Assembly: GCA_965222615.1 (NCBI GenBank)
Contig: CBDCUI010000008.1
Location: 608,001-672,000, forward strand
DNA from: Gammaproteobacteria bacterium
GTDB lineage: Bacteria > Pseudomonadota > Gammaproteobacteria > UBA4575
Direction: 5' to 3'
Length of the DNA stretch: 64,000 nucleotides
This document shows, one piece after another, positions 61,127-64,000 of the stretch (its first letter is position 1; each line of letters begins with the position of its first letter). The notes below the pieces were generated by a model. It did not search any database and was not told the origin of the DNA. It worked only from the letters and a program-made list of their open reading frames with translations. The position numbers and the translations under genes were made by a program.

Positions 61127-62167
61127 ATGGATATGAAAAGCTCAACGCGTAAGCCATTTTTTCTGTGGCGACATCTTAATAAATTACGTTGGTTGTCATT
61201 GAGTATTGTGTTTTTGATGTTGATTGCATTGCCGTTCCTGCATGTGTATCAAACCTACGTAGCCGCACACGCTTACGACCTACTGGCACCATCGGAGAAA
61301 CAACTGTATGACATCGTTGGAACACTGACTTCTCCTTTTGTTAGTGATCCGACTGAGGACTTGGATGCCATTAAAGGCAATACTTGGTCAGGTACTTTTT
61401 GGGGAGTGCAGTTAAGTGACCCGCTGGCAGCACTTGGGCAAATCGCAGCGGGATTGAATTTTTATACTCCGTTTTTACTTACCGCGCTTATTCCCATTGT
61501 CCTTACTATGTTATTTGGACGTTTCTTCTGTGGATGGATTTGTCCTGCAACCTTTATCTATGAACTCAATACAAACCTGGGTGTATTTCTACGCAAAGCT
61601 GGATTAAAAATTGGTAATAGGCGCTTTGATCGACGATTCAAATATTTGGTGCTTATTGTAGGGGTGTTGCTGTCTGCCATAAGTGGCTCCATTATCGTGG
61701 CAGGGATTTATCCACCAGCGATTATTGGCCGAGAAATTTACTATGCTGTGGCACTTGGTGGTTTTGGCGCTGGTGCAGTGTTTTTTCTCTTAACCCTGTT
61801 GTTCGATCTACTCGTTGCGCGACGAGGATTTTGTCGTTATCTATGTCCCGGAGGTGCGTTGTATTCATTGTTAGGACGCTATCGAGTGCTACGGATTCAA
61901 CGTAATGTTGAAACTTGTAACGATTGTGCAAAATGTTCCGCTGTGTGTGAATTTGGATTGGACCCGCTGCGCGACAGTTTTGGACAAGAATGTAATAACT
62001 GCAGTGCCTGTATCGCAATTTGTCCTACGGATGCGTTGACGTTTAAGCTCAGGTTTACAGATTTGCCTAATCAAGGCCCAGGACATTTAGGACCCAAGCA
62101 TCGGCACCAACATCAGATCAGCGAAATACAAATACCGCTAGACAGTATACCGGTGTCGGGGAAATGA
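61127..62167 (+). CDS. NapH/MauN-family membrane ferredoxin
   Basis: DPLA, GRFFCGWICP, FCRYLCPGGALY, two Fe-S motifs. Confidence 0.88.
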   Translation: MDMKSSTRKPFFLWRHLNKLRWLSLSIVFLMLIALPFLHVYQTYVAAHAYDLLAPSEKQLYDIVGTLTSPFVSDPTEDLDAIKGNTWSGTFWGVQLSDPLAALGQIAAGLNFYTPFLLTALIPIVLTMLFGRFFCGWICPATFIYELNTNLGVFLRKAGLKIGNRRFDRRFKYLVLIVGVLLSAISGSIIVAGIYPPAIIGREIYYAVALGGFGAGAVFFLLTLLFDLLVARRGFCRYLCPGGALYSLLGRYRVLRIQRNVETCNDCAKCSAVCEFGLDPLRDSFGQECNNCSACIAICPTDALTFKLRFTDLPNQGPGHLGPKHRHQHQISEIQIPLDSIPVSGK

Positions 62168-62772
62168 AAAGACGGAATTTTTTGCAACGCATCGTCTATG
62201 GCACTGCCATTTTGGGTGCTGCGTTAATGCCGTATGTCTTCTCTCGATCGACGACGCCAACGGTTTCAAAAATTCCACAACAGCATCTGCGTCCCCCCGG
62301 GGCCTTGCAAGATGATGCAGCATTTATTGCTGCATGTATTGGTTGCGGATTGTGTGGTGAGGTTTGTCCACCACGTTGTATCCAGTTTCATCGACGTGAT
62401 GGCGGTTATCAAGTCAATACACCATTTATTAATCCAGAAGTAAAAGCCTGTATCCTGTGCAATAAGTGTATGCAGGTGTGTCCAACCGAAGCGCTTACTG
62501 AAACAGCTCGAGATGAAATTGATATGGGAATTGCTCAAATCGATCGCAGCGCTTGTTATCCATGGGTCGATCAAGGAGTTTGTGGTGCCTGTGTCAATAT
62601 TTGTCCTATAGGTGAAGATGCCATCGACTTTAAATTATGGAATCAGTATAGGCCTGTCGTTGAAAGTGGATGTGTAGGCTGCGGTATATGTGTCGAAGTA
62701 TGTCCGCATCCCAGTTTGCCAATACGAATTGTTGAACGCCCAAAAAGTATTATTACAAAACATCAAGTGTGA
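62164..62772 (+). CDS. Second NapG/MauM-family ferredoxin
   Basis: KRRNFLQ, LRPPGAL, CIGCGLCGEVCP, CVGCGICVEVCP. Confidence 0.88.
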   Translation: MKRRNFLQRIVYGTAILGAALMPYVFSRSTTPTVSKIPQQHLRPPGALQDDAAFIAACIGCGLCGEVCPPRCIQFHRRDGGYQVNTPFINPEVKACILCNKCMQVCPTEALTETARDEIDMGIAQIDRSACYPWVDQGVCGACVNICPIGEDAIDFKLWNQYRPVVESGCVGCGICVEVCPHPSLPIRIVERPKSIITKHQV

Positions 62773-63392
62773 ATTGTATGTTATTGAATTTCATCAGAAG
62801 AACCCAATACACAAAAATAAAACTTGTGTTTATTATTACTATCGCTGCTGTTTCTTTTTTATCTTCTGTTAAGGCTCATCACGTCCTTGGTCGGCCTGCG
62901 TACAGTTTGAATGAAGACTCCAATACGCCGCCAAGCATGCATGTAGAAACTCAGATTGGTGAATATTTTGTCACCTATATGATCTTTCCTGCTTTTCCAC
63001 GCCCCAACGAACCCGGACGGATAAATCTTTATGCCAAACGCATTGACAATAGCCAACCCTTTGCAGGGCAGGTGACCTTCACAGTAAAAGATGATTCTTG
63101 GTTTAGCGCGAATGAAGAGCAACTCGGCACGCAATCCGCCGATGATAATGTGTTTAGGCAGGGGTTTGTATTTAAAGAAGACGGTGATTACATCATTACG
63201 GCTCAGTTTGAATCGGGTGGGGAGCCATACATTATTGATTTTCCTTTACGTATAGGTGCAAAGTCACCAGTAGGCCCGTTAGCAATCGCAGCCAGTATTA
63301 TATTGCTGACACTCATTATCGTTAAACTTACCCAACGTAAACGTTTGCTGCGCGCAACCATACGCGACGCCCATCAGGAGAAGGTCGGCTAG
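62769..63392 (+). CDS. Exported, C-terminally anchored hypothetical protein
   Basis: Signal peptide ending VKA-HH, beta-rich domain, C-terminal TM. Confidence 0.7.
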   Translation: MNCMLLNFIRRTQYTKIKLVFIITIAAVSFLSSVKAHHVLGRPAYSLNEDSNTPPSMHVETQIGEYFVTYMIFPAFPRPNEPGRINLYAKRIDNSQPFAGQVTFTVKDDSWFSANEEQLGTQSADDNVFRQGFVFKEDGDYIITAQFESGGEPYIIDFPLRIGAKSPVGPLAIAASIILLTLIIVKLTQRKRLLRATIRDAHQEKVG

Positions 63393-63394
63393 GC

Positions 63395-64000
63395 ATGACT
63401 CACCCTGGTTTACCACAAGCTTGGGCAATTGGCGTATGGCTGTTCATGATTGCGATTTCCATGTGGGCACTGTTCGTTCCTGCCAGTACACAATTTACAT
63501 CGCATCGCTATAGTGTCATACAAATTCCTATCATAGGTTCAGTCATTCGCACACTTACCAGGCAAACCTGGATCTTAACTGGCTTGAAAATTCTCCTGGT
63601 GGCATTGTTTTTATTAATCATCGTTGCCGGACTTTTTGGCACGCCCATTGCCGAGCGCAATTTGGCGACAGTGTTGACTTGGAATTTGTGGTGGACTGGA
63701 CTGATTATCTCCGTGTTTTTTTTGGGCTCTGCTTGGTGTGCAGTTTGTCCCTGGGAAGCCATCTCTGCATGGTTAGTAAGACACGGATTGGGTTTTGGTA
63801 CAGCCGCCGCTAACAACAGAATTAATCTTCGTGTCCCCAAACAACTGCGCAATGTATGGCCCGCTCTGGTACTGTTGATCGCACTTACCTGGTTAGAGCT
63901 AGGTGTTGGAATAACGGTCGATCCTTATGCGACTGCACTGCTGGCCCTTTTTATGGTGGTGTTAGTTATCGTGACACTAGCAGTATTTGAACGTCGCGCA
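63395..64000 (+). CDS. 4Fe-4S-binding polytopic membrane protein, 3' truncated
   Basis: Open frame MTHPGLPQAW..RNLATVLTWNLWW..GSAWCAVCPW..WLELG running off the window; not in ORF track. Confidence 0.8.
   Translation, partial: MTHPGLPQAWAIGVWLFMIAISMWALFVPASTQFTSHRYSVIQIPIIGSVIRTLTRQTWILTGLKILLVALFLLIIVAGLFGTPIAERNLATVLTWNLWWTGLIISVFFLGSAWCAVCPWEAISAWLVRHGLGFGTAAANNRINLRVPKQLRNVWPALVLLIALTWLELGVGITVDPYATALLALFMVVLVIVTLAVFERRA

Noticed and set aside
63508-63852. Minus-strand 114-aa ORF
   Set aside because: Antisense to the plus-strand membrane ferredoxin gene starting at 63395

Overview
Chromosomal window from an AT-rich, probably gammaproteobacterial methylotroph, with four blocks. (1) 1-39.2 kb is a lanthanide/PQQ methylotrophy island: NarL-type regulator, TonB-dependent receptor with ExbBDD-TonB, xoxF-xoxG-xoxJ, a split pqq set (pqqA, pseudo-pqqB, pqqDE, and separately pqqBC), mxaD/mxaE-like genes, a lanpepsy-like PepSY protein, a SoxYZ-like relay pair, a MekB-like esterase, a porin, two ABC systems (one Lut/Ped-type) and an atypical ExbB-like cluster. 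(2) 39.2-45.5 kb is an rRNA locus without a 16S gene (tRNA-Ile, tRNA-Ala, 23S, 5S). Its 23S carries a protein-coding IVS in helix 45 and two group I introns (L1931 with a LAGLIDADG endonuclease; L1951 without ORF) separated by a 20-nt exon. (3) 46.0-55.2 kb is a six-gene operon bounded downstream by a fragmented copy of the rRNA 3' end. It encodes a DUF1611-like P-loop protein, two PahZ1 (poly-aspartate hydrolase)-like enzymes, an HlyD adaptor, a 7TM/degenerate ATP-grasp fusion and a cyanophycin-synthetase-like ligase with a degenerate Mur domain. This is the best candidate for an undescribed system: synthesis, export and turnover of a poly-amino-acid. (4) 56-64 kb holds a Tat-exported Nas/Nap-type molybdoenzyme with NapC, a diheme cytochrome c and NapGH-like partners. 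Family assignments come from motif recognition only; no database searches were run.
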